From an archaeon (GTDB taxonomy: Archaea > Nanobdellota > Nanobdellia > Woesearchaeales > UBA9642), in contig JAZDHK010000005.1 in assembly GCA_043806035.1 (NCBI GenBank), positions 2,136-66,135 of the forward strand: 64,000 bases of DNA, written 5' to 3'. This document shows positions 42,423 to 50,772 of the stretch, piece by piece (within the stretch, counting starts at the first letter, position 1; each line of letters starts with the position of its first letter). The notes below the pieces were generated by a model, which had not been told where the DNA came from, did no database searches, and worked only from the letters and a program-made list of their open reading frames with translations. The translations under genes were made by a program, and so were the position numbers.

Positions 42423-43323
42423 AAAATCATGTTTAGTTTACGGACTTTCTTCTTACACGTCAGTAGACGCTGTTCTTTTATAAGTTTAACGTATCCGACA
42501 GGTATCCTAAGTTCATAGTGCAGTCCGACTGATTCCCCTATATACACGCGTACGGGATAGATTGTTGAACATATGCCTAATCGCATAAGTGACGATGCAA
42601 TATCTCTGAGTATGTTCGATTGAGGAACGCTTCGGAGGGTTTCTTTTACCTTGTTCCATCTGACAAAATACACCCGTCTATCTTTCATGTTGTATGCATT
42701 TGCCTGCCGTATCAGTTGATTCCTTGTTTTCGCGTCAACAAAAAGACGAACAGACTGCTGCACTGCTACCGTTTTGTGAACACTTGCCTCTGCATTGAAA
42801 AATCCACGAATGAATGCTACATGCATTTCCTTATTTTGAAGAATGTGCAGTGGAGCATTGGGGTTTATTGCGCTTTTTTTTCCTGCAGGATACCCTAACG
42901 AGGCCATGTGCTTTGCAAGGCTCCTTCTGAACCGAACAACAAATATGCCTTCTTTTTTCTGAATCTTCGGTTTGAATCCAAAAACGAACTGAGTTAGGGT
43001 GCTTGCTCTGCGAACGAGATCTTTCTCGTCATGAGAGAAGGTGAGTACAAGATTATAGAGTCCCCCTCGCGTGTTCTTGTATTTGTGCAGCGAACCGTCA
43101 CCGTAGAGATTGCCGAGCAATTCAGCAAATGCCTCTGCTTTCTTTTTCTTGAATGTTGATGATGGATTGTATGTTGTCGATCTTCCTCGCATGGCGTTTT
43201 TGCTTTCTTGAGTTCTTTGCGTATCTGTTCCCTGCCACACCTCACAGCAAGTGCCTCGATAGCATGTATACTATTGCCTTGCTTATACAACCGTATTATT
43301 CTTTCGCGAAGATCTCTTCTCAT
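42359..43323 (-). pseudogene. Free-standing LAGLIDADG homing endonuclease with N-terminal HTH, split by an apparent 1-nt frameshift near 43195
   Basis: Frame A from ATG 43323 reads MRRDLRERIIRLYKQGNSIHAIE...IRKELKKAK. Frame B reads NAMRGRS...AELLGNLYGDGSL...AFIRGFFNAEASV. TATA lies about 30 nt before 43323; the region is AT-rich. Confidence 0.8.
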
Positions 43324-43405
43324 CTGGGTGCAGGAGAGGAAGATGAATATAAACATTACCGTTTGACCACCGAAGAATTTTCAAATCAATCTAGTGGGTA
43401 AATAG

Positions 43406-43478
43406 TGGGGCTGGTGAGATTTGAACTCACGACATCCACCATGTGAGGGTGGCGTCATAACCACTAGACCACAGCCCC
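43406..43478 (-). tRNA. tRNA-Val(CAC), no intron
   Basis: Acceptor GGGGCTG/CAGCCCC, anticodon arm CCACC-CT-CAC-AT-GGTGG, AGTTCAAATCT. Confidence 0.95.
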
Positions 43479-43503
43479 GTGCCTGCCACAAACCCCGCTG
43501 CTT

Positions 43504-43977
43504 TTAAATACTTTTCTGCAAACGTATTTTTATCTGTTCTATCTTTTCCTTGTCTTTCTCTCTGCCCAATCGCTGATATGCAGCGAGTTCTTCCTCGAGC
43601 GGGCACAGAGGCAGTGCACGTCCTTGATACGTGATGTAGTGTGTTTTAGGAAAGAACGGTCGTTCTTGCCAGACGCTGTCAATGCAGATTTCCTTGTGTG
43701 CCATCACTTCTACACTTGTGTCATCGATAGTGTATGCGTCAAGATACGAACCCGTGCTTCCTGTCCGCGTGTAGCGCGTTGGCTTAATCGTATACTTTTG
43801 TAGACGCTCGCGTATGCGCGTCATGCCTTCTTGCGTGGTGAGCACATCGACATCATTCGGCTGTAGAGGGATGTCTTGCAGGGCAAGATTCGTGCTGGCA
43901 ACGACCATCCAGGGAATGCCGTGCAGCTTATCCTGCAAAACGCACAGTGTGCTTTTAATGTTTTCTGGAATCATCAT
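43504..43977 (-). CDS. Nucleotidyltransferase-fold protein
   Basis: WMVVASTNLALQ...PNDVDV resembles the (G/A)S...DxD motif. Confidence 0.65.
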   Translation of the reverse strand: MMIPENIKSTLCVLQDKLHGIPWMVVASTNLALQDIPLQPNDVDVLTTQEGMTRIRERLQKYTIKPTRYTRTGSTGSYLDAYTIDDTSVEVMAHKEICIDSVWQERPFFPKTHYITYQGRALPLCPLEEELAAYQRLGREKDKEKIEQIKIRLQKSI

Positions 43978-44026
43978 GCATTGGCGGATAGTAACTATTA
44001 TAAAGTATTCTTTTCATCTGTAATGC

Positions 44027-44488
44027 ATGGATTGGAAGGAGGCGTTCTCTCGGCTTCAGGAATCTCCACTATTTGCAGGACATACGAAAGACTGCTATCT
44101 CGTTCACGTGTTTAGCATGTTTGGCCAGGCATGGCAGTTCGGCTACTACCATCCAGAAACGGACAAAGTCATCGTCTTCACGGTTGCTGATGCAGTAAGT
44201 GTAGAGCCGCCGCAGGAAGCGGCGAAGGAAGGAAGGACCATACTACAATTGCACATTGAGAACGTAACCGTTAGCCCAGACCGGGCTTTGGCCATCCTTG
44301 AAAAGAGAAGGCAGGCTGAATTTCCCGCGGATCTTCCCGACAAGACCATACTGTTGCTGCAGCGCCTTGATAGACCTGTATGGAATATTACGCTGATTAC
44401 CCTCACGTTTGCTATTCTCAATGCGAAGATCGATGCGGAGACGGGCGAGGTATTGTCGCTGAAGAAAGAGACGTTACTCCGCTGGTAA
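44027..44488 (+). CDS. Hypothetical protein with PepSY-like C-terminus
   Basis: WQFGYY, PVWNIT, KIDAETGEVL. Confidence 0.7.
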   Translation: MDWKEAFSRLQESPLFAGHTKDCYLVHVFSMFGQAWQFGYYHPETDKVIVFTVADAVSVEPPQEAAKEGRTILQLHIENVTVSPDRALAILEKRRQAEFPADLPDKTILLLQRLDRPVWNITLITLTFAILNAKIDAETGEVLSLKKETLLRW

Positions 44489-44633
44489 AGTGAAACGAAA
44501 CTTTTTTTAAAAATGTTCTAGAAAAATTATGGTGACGCAACATGTGCTTTCTTAAGAAAGAGATTTCATGCTATAGTTAGCATCCCCATTTTATTTATAT
44601 ATGAGTGCGTGCAAGGGAACAAGTAGGTGTGTT

Positions 44634-44714
44634 ATGGCAAAAGTGAGTTATGAAGCGATGAAAAGCAGCCACGATCTCAGCAAATTCTTCAAAGAGGAAG
44701 AAGACGAGGCATGA
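44634..44714 (+). CDS. 26-aa microprotein MAKVSYEAMKSSHDLSKFFKEEEDEA
   Basis: TATA box near 44594, SD-like AGGTG just upstream, ATGA overlap with the cdd start. Confidence 0.6.
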   Translation: MAKVSYEAMKSSHDLSKFFKEEEDEA

Positions 44715-45157
44715 ATTCTCCGCTCAAACAGAAACTTATCAATGCGGCTATCACCGCAAATGATTTTGCATTCCATCCGATAACGGACGGCACGGTGGGC
44801 GCTGCATTGCTGACGACAGAGGATGAGATTTTTCACGGCTGCAACGTGCAAACAACCATCGCAGGACTGGGCTGCTGTGCCGAGCAATGTGCAATCTATA
44901 ACGCCGTTGTGCATGGCAAGTACAACTTCAAAGCGATCGCCGTCTACTATCCGAAAGAGCGGTTTCTCAAGCCGTGCGGGTGCTGTCTGCAATTGCTCAA
45001 TGAGTTCGCGCAGCTGATAGACAAGGACATAGAGATCATCATGGTCAACAAAGAAATGAAAGTGAAAACAACAACCGTGTTCAAAGAGCTAACAGACGCA
45101 TACGGTCCAAGAGTCGCGGGAAAGAACATTGCGCCGTACCAGCGGAATAGACAATAA
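44711..45157 (+). CDS. cdd: Cytidine deaminase (homotetrameric type)
   Basis: VGAALLT, GCNV, CAEQ, PCGCC. Confidence 0.85.
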   Translation: MNSPLKQKLINAAITANDFAFHPITDGTVGAALLTTEDEIFHGCNVQTTIAGLGCCAEQCAIYNAVVHGKYNFKAIAVYYPKERFLKPCGCCLQLLNEFAQLIDKDIEIIMVNKEMKVKTTTVFKELTDAYGPRVAGKNIAPYQRNRQ

Positions 45158-45181
45158 TAACAGTTTTGTCCCTTAACATGC

Positions 45182-45300
45182 TCTTAGGCGAATGGTCGTG
45201 CCATGCTCCGTTTCAGCAGGTCTTTGGCATCTCGTACCGAGGATTCTCGTCACCCATTGCGCGCATCATGACTCCGCCCGATGGCATTATTTGCCCAAGA
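45182..45300. ncRNA. Candidate ~119-nt structured intergenic element
   Basis: TCTTAGGCGAATGG pairs with TTATTTGCCCAAGA, and TGCCAT with ATGGCA. The minus strand carries ATGATG...CTGA boxes. Confidence 0.4.
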
Positions 45301-45380
45301 TTCCCCTTAAAAAAAAATTTATAAACACTCATATCAAATTTCCTCCCAAAGAGCGTGAAAAATCAGTTTGGAGGGAAATC

Positions 45381-46091
45381 ATGAAGAAAGTGTTTGTAGC
45401 ATTGGCCCTTTTTGTTGCTGTGCTGTTCATCGCAGGATGCGCTGGCCAAGCAACGAAGGCAGTAGTGGCAAAAGACGCCCAGAGTGCAAGGATTGAGCCC
45501 GAGCAAGTAAGACCTGACGTTATAGATACGGGAGCAGCTGTTAAAAAGAATACTACAAACAGTACTAATGTGAGCGCTTCATGCACCGACTCAGATGGTG
45601 GTCTGAACTATTACACGTATGGATGGGTAAGTGGTTATATGGCAGGTAATGGATCTCCATACACGTTCTATGACTCCTGCTCTGGCAACAATGTAAATGA
45701 ATGGTATTGTAGCGGCAGTGCGGCAGCAATAGACCATTACACCTGCCCCTTCGGTTGCAGTAATGGAACGTGCGTGAATCAGTCGAATCAGCCGCCAAGC
45801 CTGACGTATTATTACGTTCAGTACCAGTACACGAACACAACATATGCCACGAGTAACGTGACGTGGTCGGCATCTGATGCGAACGGTAACATGGCATATG
45901 TGGAGTTGAAGTCCTATCGTAACGGCGTAATCCAGAGCACGTCAACTTTCCCCTGTACGGGATCCTCTTGCTCGGGATCGACGTTAGTGACGAGGAACCA
46001 GACTGGCTACTACGTCTATAATGCGACTGCTGTGGATGCCGCATCTGCAAGAAGCGCTATACTCTCGCGCTGGCTCTTCTACGTACCATAA
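45381..46091 (+). CDS. Secreted lipoprotein with Cys-rich CTDSDGG module
   Basis: Lipobox-like MKKVFVALALFVAVLFIAGC, CTDSDGGLNYY...EWYC...CPFGCSNGTC, SD GGAGG. Confidence 0.8.
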   Translation: MKKVFVALALFVAVLFIAGCAGQATKAVVAKDAQSARIEPEQVRPDVIDTGAAVKKNTTNSTNVSASCTDSDGGLNYYTYGWVSGYMAGNGSPYTFYDSCSGNNVNEWYCSGSAAAIDHYTCPFGCSNGTCVNQSNQPPSLTYYYVQYQYTNTTYATSNVTWSASDANGNMAYVELKSYRNGVIQSTSTFPCTGSSCSGSTLVTRNQTGYYVYNATAVDAASARSAILSRWLFYVP

Positions 46092-46097
46092 TTTTTT

Positions 46098-46637
46098 TTA
46101 TACTCTTTTTTTTTCTTGTTTCTCATGCAGCGTCTTCTGTCCTGGATGCCAGTCAATGGGGCAGAGCCCTCCTGTCTGTAATGCCTGTACAACGCGTAGC
46201 GTTTCGTCAACACTCCTGCCAACATTCAGGTCAGACACGACAATGTACTGTATGATTCCTTCTGGGTTGATGATGAACGTTCCCCTGTAGGCAATGCCTT
46301 CATCCTCCTTCAGCACACCATACGCTTTGCTGATGGCATGGCTGGTGTCTGCGAGGATGGGGAATTTCACATCAGGCAGGTCTTTCTCGAACCAGGCCTT
46401 GTGGCTGTATGCAGAATCGGTGCTGCACCCCAATACTTGCGCGTTGAGCTTCTTGAACTCTTCCTCCTTTGCCGCAAAGCCTCTGATTTCGGTAGGGCAG
46501 ACGAACGTGAAGTCCAAAGGGTAGAAGAACAGGACGACCCATTTTCCTTTGTACTCTTTGAGCGTAAGGCGCTTTACCTGTCCGGCAACGTATGCTTCTG
46601 CATCGAATTCTGGCGCTGTATCATTAATCATGACCAT
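46098..46637 (-). CDS. ahpC: 2-Cys peroxiredoxin
   Basis: FYPLDFTFVCPTE, RGTFII, GRSVDE, LCPIDW. SD GAGGTG. Confidence 0.95.
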   Translation of the reverse strand: MVMINDTAPEFDAEAYVAGQVKRLTLKEYKGKWVVLFFYPLDFTFVCPTEIRGFAAKEEEFKKLNAQVLGCSTDSAYSHKAWFEKDLPDVKFPILADTSHAISKAYGVLKEDEGIAYRGTFIINPEGIIQYIVVSDLNVGRSVDETLRVVQALQTGGLCPIDWHPGQKTLHEKQEKKRV

Positions 46638-46729
46638 TAATACCACCTCAAGAACTAATTGAAGAAAATTCTGCTCATTTTTAAATATTGTGAAGTACTT
46701 TTATATATTGCAGTTCATTTCTCTCCTCC

Positions 46730-47116
46730 ATGAATGCACTGGTATTACGCGGCCATCATCTCTGTACGGTGTGTGGGTACATCTGCCATAAGGAAATGCA
46801 CGAAACGCGCGATCCCTTCCAGGACTATCGGAAACACAAGTATGGAGAAGCGTTCATAACTCATTGCAGAACCTGGCATGAGCTACTCTACCAGCAGCCC
46901 TCTCAAAAGATTACGATCGTCAGTAACGTCTTTGACCTGTTCTGCCAAGGACCGTGCGGCATGAAGAGCCCTGCTTGTCTGGAAGGGGATGCTGATATTC
47001 GTGAATCAGAGAAACTAGGATTTCACGTAGGAAACACGTACACGATGCGTGATGTCATCTCTGTCGTGAGGGAAAAGTACGGACTCTGGCCCCTCGATTT
47101 GGGCAGGGCATGGTAG
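46730..47116 (+). CDS. DUF1284-like Cys/His-rich protein
   Basis: LRGHHLC N-terminal motif, DLFCQGPC. Confidence 0.65.
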   Translation: MNALVLRGHHLCTVCGYICHKEMHETRDPFQDYRKHKYGEAFITHCRTWHELLYQQPSQKITIVSNVFDLFCQGPCGMKSPACLEGDADIRESEKLGFHVGNTYTMRDVISVVREKYGLWPLDLGRAW

Positions 47117-47154
47117 CACAAGTCATAAAAAGAGTGGACTTCTTAGTTTGTGTA

Positions 47155-47802
47155 ATGATCCTTGCCGAGCAAGCATTCCACGAACTGTATCCCGAAAAGC
47201 AAGAACGCAGAACATTCTCGCTCAAATACTCCAGAGCTCTCAAATGCTACAACGCAAACGTCAAAGCATCTTCTTTTCTTATTGCATTCAAGCTCAGCCG
47301 TGCCTGGAAGGACATCAGTCCGGACATTCAGAAAGGCCTGCTGCAATCCTTGCTTGTGAAACTGTTCAAGGAAAAGAAAAGGACGACAGAGATGGAGCTG
47401 TACGATGCTTTCCTGAAAAACCTAAGCGATTATGCCATAGTCCAAAAGACGGACAGCGTCCTTGAGGCGAGCTTTTCCCGCATGAACGAGAAATTCTTTA
47501 ATGGTATGCTTGACAAGCCAAACTTGTTGTGGGGCAGTGAGAGTCTTGCCAAGCTCGGCCATTACGAATACGCAACAAACACTATCGTCATCAGCACTAT
47601 ACTCAGAGAAGATCAGTTCTTGCTGGATTACGTCATGTATCATGAGATGCTCCACAAGAAGCTCAAGTTTCACAGTTCTGGCATGAAGACCTACCATCAC
47701 ACGCGACAGTTCAAGGATCTCGAGGCGAGATACGCGTCTGGTGCGGAACAACGCCTTCACACCTTTCTCAGAAAGAAACGATGGAAACGGTTCTGGTTCT
47801 GA
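47155..47802 (+). CDS. SprT/YgjP(DUF45)-like zinc metalloprotein
   Basis: LGHYEY, YVMYHEMLH, HHTRQFKDLE. Confidence 0.8.
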   Translation: MILAEQAFHELYPEKQERRTFSLKYSRALKCYNANVKASSFLIAFKLSRAWKDISPDIQKGLLQSLLVKLFKEKKRTTEMELYDAFLKNLSDYAIVQKTDSVLEASFSRMNEKFFNGMLDKPNLLWGSESLAKLGHYEYATNTIVISTILREDQFLLDYVMYHEMLHKKLKFHSSGMKTYHHTRQFKDLEARYASGAEQRLHTFLRKKRWKRFWF

Positions 47803-47860
47803 TATCCTGTTTTCACGAAAAAAGCAACCTTTTTAAACTCGCACAAAATTCTGCATGTGC

Positions 47861-48259
47861 ATGGCAGGAGTAATCCAAAAGAGCGTCGGCTCACTGCAGA
47901 AGGGCAATTATATCGTCATCGATGGGGTGGCCTGCTCTGTTTCGGGCACGCAAGTAAGCCGTCCGGGGAAGCACGGACATGCGAAAGTGCGCCTTGATGC
48001 GGTAGGCTTGATTGATGGCAAGAAGAAGCAGATCGTCATGCCCGGTCATGACAACGTTGACGTTCCCATCATCGAGAAAAAGACCGCCCAAGTGCTCAGT
48101 GTCCATGAGGATACGGCAAATGTCATGGATGCCGAGACGTATGAGACGTTTGACCTAAAAATCCCTGAAGAGCTCAAGGACGAGTGCAGGGATGGCGTCT
48201 CCATCCTGTACTGGGAGATACTCACGGACAAGGTCATGAAACAGATTAAGAAAGAATGA
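47861..48259 (+). CDS. eif5a: Translation factor aIF5A/eIF5A
   Basis: PGKHGHAK hypusine loop, VPIIEKK, MDAETYETF. Confidence 0.97.
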   Translation: MAGVIQKSVGSLQKGNYIVIDGVACSVSGTQVSRPGKHGHAKVRLDAVGLIDGKKKQIVMPGHDNVDVPIIEKKTAQVLSVHEDTANVMDAETYETFDLKIPEELKDECRDGVSILYWEILTDKVMKQIKKE

Positions 48260-48263
48260 GATC

Positions 48264-48425
48264 ATGGTAAAGTTTCCAGAGGCGGCAGCCCGCATAACAC
48301 AGAACATCTTCGTCTGCAGGATCTGCAAAAGCAAGATTAGAACGAGCAATATGCGCGTCCTCGCAGGAAAGGTACGTTGCAGGAAGTGCCACAGCAAAGC
48401 GCTCCGACCTGCTCGCAGAAAGTAA
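48264..48425 (+). CDS. rpl40e: 50S ribosomal protein L40e (53 aa, not in ORF track)
   Basis: MVKFPEAAARITQNIFVCRICKSK...CRKCHSKALRPARRK. Confidence 0.92.
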   Translation: MVKFPEAAARITQNIFVCRICKSKIRTSNMRVLAGKVRCRKCHSKALRPARRK

Positions 48426-48457
48426 ACTTTTTAAACAACACCTTTCTTTGCTGTCCC

Positions 48458-49624
48458 ATGAGTTTCTTGCAGTTTCTCATAAATTACAAGTGGCCGCTCC
48501 TATTCTATGCGTTAATAGTTCTGCTCATCTACCTCAACAGGAAGAAGTTCACGTTCGAGAGCAAGATCATCGCCATCTATAAGACGAAGCTCGGCATGAA
48601 CATCATAGACAGGCTCGCCACGGCCTATCCGCGGACGATACGCTTTCTTGGCTACATTGGTGTGATTATAGGGTTTGCGGGTATGCTGGGCAGCGCAATC
48701 TATATAGGTTATCAGTTCATTGTCATGGTAACAATTCCTGGCGCTCCACCAGCAGTAAGTCCAGTCATTCCAGGACTTCCTATTCCAGGGACGGGTATCG
48801 TCATCCCTTTCCTCCAAGGCATTCTGGCATTGTTCATCGCAGTCGTCGTCCACGAGTTGAGCCACGGCTTCGTGGCGAGAGCGCACGGCTTGAAGATAAA
48901 GTCAACGGGCTTTGTCATGTTTGGCCCTCTTCCCGGAGCGTTCGTTGAACCTGACGAGAAGAGCCTCAAGAAGAAGAACCTTCACGTCAGGAATAGCGTT
49001 TTTGCTGCAGGGCCTTTAGCCAATGTCATCGCTGCAGGCGTTGCTGTGCTCCTGCTCTCGTTCATTCTCGCTCCTGTCATCAATGGCATGGCTGTTGACA
49101 AGGGCATGACCTTTGCTCAAGTGACTTCCGACAGCCCTGCAGAACGAGCAGGTCTGCAGACGAATATAACCTACACTATGCTCAATGACCAGCCTTTGCA
49201 TAGCGTCAACGACTTCATTGACGTCCTGGAAAAACTTCACGTGAACGACACCATCGTGTTAGGTAATGAGAATTACAGCCAGGCAGTCGTCCTGGGCTCA
49301 AGCCCGACAAATTCGGAAAAGACATACGTTGGCGTCACTGGCCTGCAGACCGTAACTGAGCTTAAGCCAGGGGTCTCTTCATTCCTGTATGGAGTGATAT
49401 TGTGGATATTCATCCTCCTCACCTGGGTATTCATCTTGAACGTTGGGCTGGGCATGGTAAATCTCTTACCCATAGGACCATTGGATGGCGGCAGGATGTT
49501 CGAGGCGACCCTCGTCAAATTCTTCAATGAGAAAATTGCTCATCGCGTCTGGGCGACAGTCAGCATCATTGGTGTTGTTATTCTCTTCTTGTTGTTGGTC
49601 TTTCCTTTGGTGAGAGGACTATGA
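48458..49624 (+). CDS. Site-2 protease (M50) with PDZ domain
   Basis: VHELSHG, GAFVEPDE, AGPLAN, SPAERAGL, NLLPIGPLDGG. Confidence 0.95.
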   Translation: MSFLQFLINYKWPLLFYALIVLLIYLNRKKFTFESKIIAIYKTKLGMNIIDRLATAYPRTIRFLGYIGVIIGFAGMLGSAIYIGYQFIVMVTIPGAPPAVSPVIPGLPIPGTGIVIPFLQGILALFIAVVVHELSHGFVARAHGLKIKSTGFVMFGPLPGAFVEPDEKSLKKKNLHVRNSVFAAGPLANVIAAGVAVLLLSFILAPVINGMAVDKGMTFAQVTSDSPAERAGLQTNITYTMLNDQPLHSVNDFIDVLEKLHVNDTIVLGNENYSQAVVLGSSPTNSEKTYVGVTGLQTVTELKPGVSSFLYGVILWIFILLTWVFILNVGLGMVNLLPIGPLDGGRMFEATLVKFFNEKIAHRVWATVSIIGVVILFLLLVFPLVRGL

Positions 49625-50316
49625 GTCTTTTTGTAGTTCTCGTCCAGCCACATACGCCAGGCAATATCGGGGCTATTGCTCGTGTCATGGCCAATTTCGG
49701 GGCTAAAAAGCTCTTTCTTGTCAATCCAAAATGCGATTATCTGTGCAAGGAATCACTGGATAGGGCGAAGCATGCAAAGCACATCTTGAAAGATGCAATC
49801 ATCACGACGCTTTCCCAGCTCAAAAAAGACATGCACGTCCTTGTAGCGACGACGGCAAGACTGGGTGACAAGTATAACTTCCCTCGCATTCCTTTCACGC
49901 CGCAGCAGTTGGCGAAAGAGCTCGCACACCTCTCACCGCGGACAAAGATAGGGATTGTTCTGGGCAGGGAGACTGATGGCCTGACGAACGAAGAGGTGGC
50001 ATTGTGCGATTTCTGCGTTACCATTCCCACACACCCCTCATATGCAAGCATGAATGTGAGCCATGCAGCAGCAGTAATCCTCTCACATCTGTACCTGCCA
50101 GAAACATCTATTGAAGAAAAATATACGCTGCTCACGCCAAAAGAGAAGGAAGTCGCTCTCAAACTCATTGATGCTGCCATCGACGGCATGACCTTCCCTG
50201 CTCCGCACATGAAGGACACGCAAAAAACATTGTGGAGAAGGCTCATCGGAAAATCATTCCTCACCAAGCGAGAGGGGTATGCGCTCATGGGCTTCATGAA
50301 GAATGTGAAGAAGTGA
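49621..50316 (+). CDS. trmJ: TrmJ/LasT-family SPOUT RNA methyltransferase
   Basis: PGNIGAIARVMANFG, GRETDGLTNEE, YASMNVSHA. Confidence 0.88.
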   Translation: MSLFVVLVQPHTPGNIGAIARVMANFGAKKLFLVNPKCDYLCKESLDRAKHAKHILKDAIITTLSQLKKDMHVLVATTARLGDKYNFPRIPFTPQQLAKELAHLSPRTKIGIVLGRETDGLTNEEVALCDFCVTIPTHPSYASMNVSHAAAVILSHLYLPETSIEEKYTLLTPKEKEVALKLIDAAIDGMTFPAPHMKDTQKTLWRRLIGKSFLTKREGYALMGFMKNVKK

Positions 50317-50726
50317 GCAAGTACAACATGTCTATCCTCTGTTTTTATGATAAAGAGGGCAAGATACTTCTCCAGGGGAGGAAGAATATAAGCAAATGGG
50401 GTGCGGAGTGGGGTTTCTTTGGTGGGAAGATAGAGGAGGGAGAAACTCCTGAGCAGGCAATTGTGAGAGAGATATGTGAAGAGCTGTCCTATACTATACG
50501 AGAACGTAGATACGTCGGCAATGTGTCGTTCGATAACAACGACATTAACGTTACTGCGAACATCTAAGTCACTCCACTCCCGGACATGCAGGCATTCGTG
50601 CAACGAGAAGGGGACGGTATGCAATTGTTCTCTCTGCAAGAAGCAAGACAGCTCAAAATGCCTCCTGGTTCAGTGCACATCTTTGATAAGATAGAAGCGT
50701 ATTTTTCCAAAGGAGAACATTCATGA
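50313..50726 (+). pseudogene. Nudix hydrolase interrupted by in-frame TAA at 50565-50567
   Basis: Nudix box GGKIEEGETPEQAIVREICEEL. After TANI* the frame continues VTPLPDM...EGDGMQLFSLQEA...* to 50726. Confidence 0.8.
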
Positions 50727-50772
50727 AACGGTTATCGAAACTAATAAATACTCCCGACGCATGAGGTAATTG

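Noticed and set aside
43190..43205. Programmed -1 ribosomal frameshift in the LAGLIDADG gene
   Set aside because: The site is A AAA ACG with only five As, not a canonical X XXY YYZ heptamer.
50565..50567. Stop-codon recoding (Sec/Pyl or alternative code)
   Set aside because: The codon is TAA, and TAA, TAG and TGA all end intact genes elsewhere in the window.
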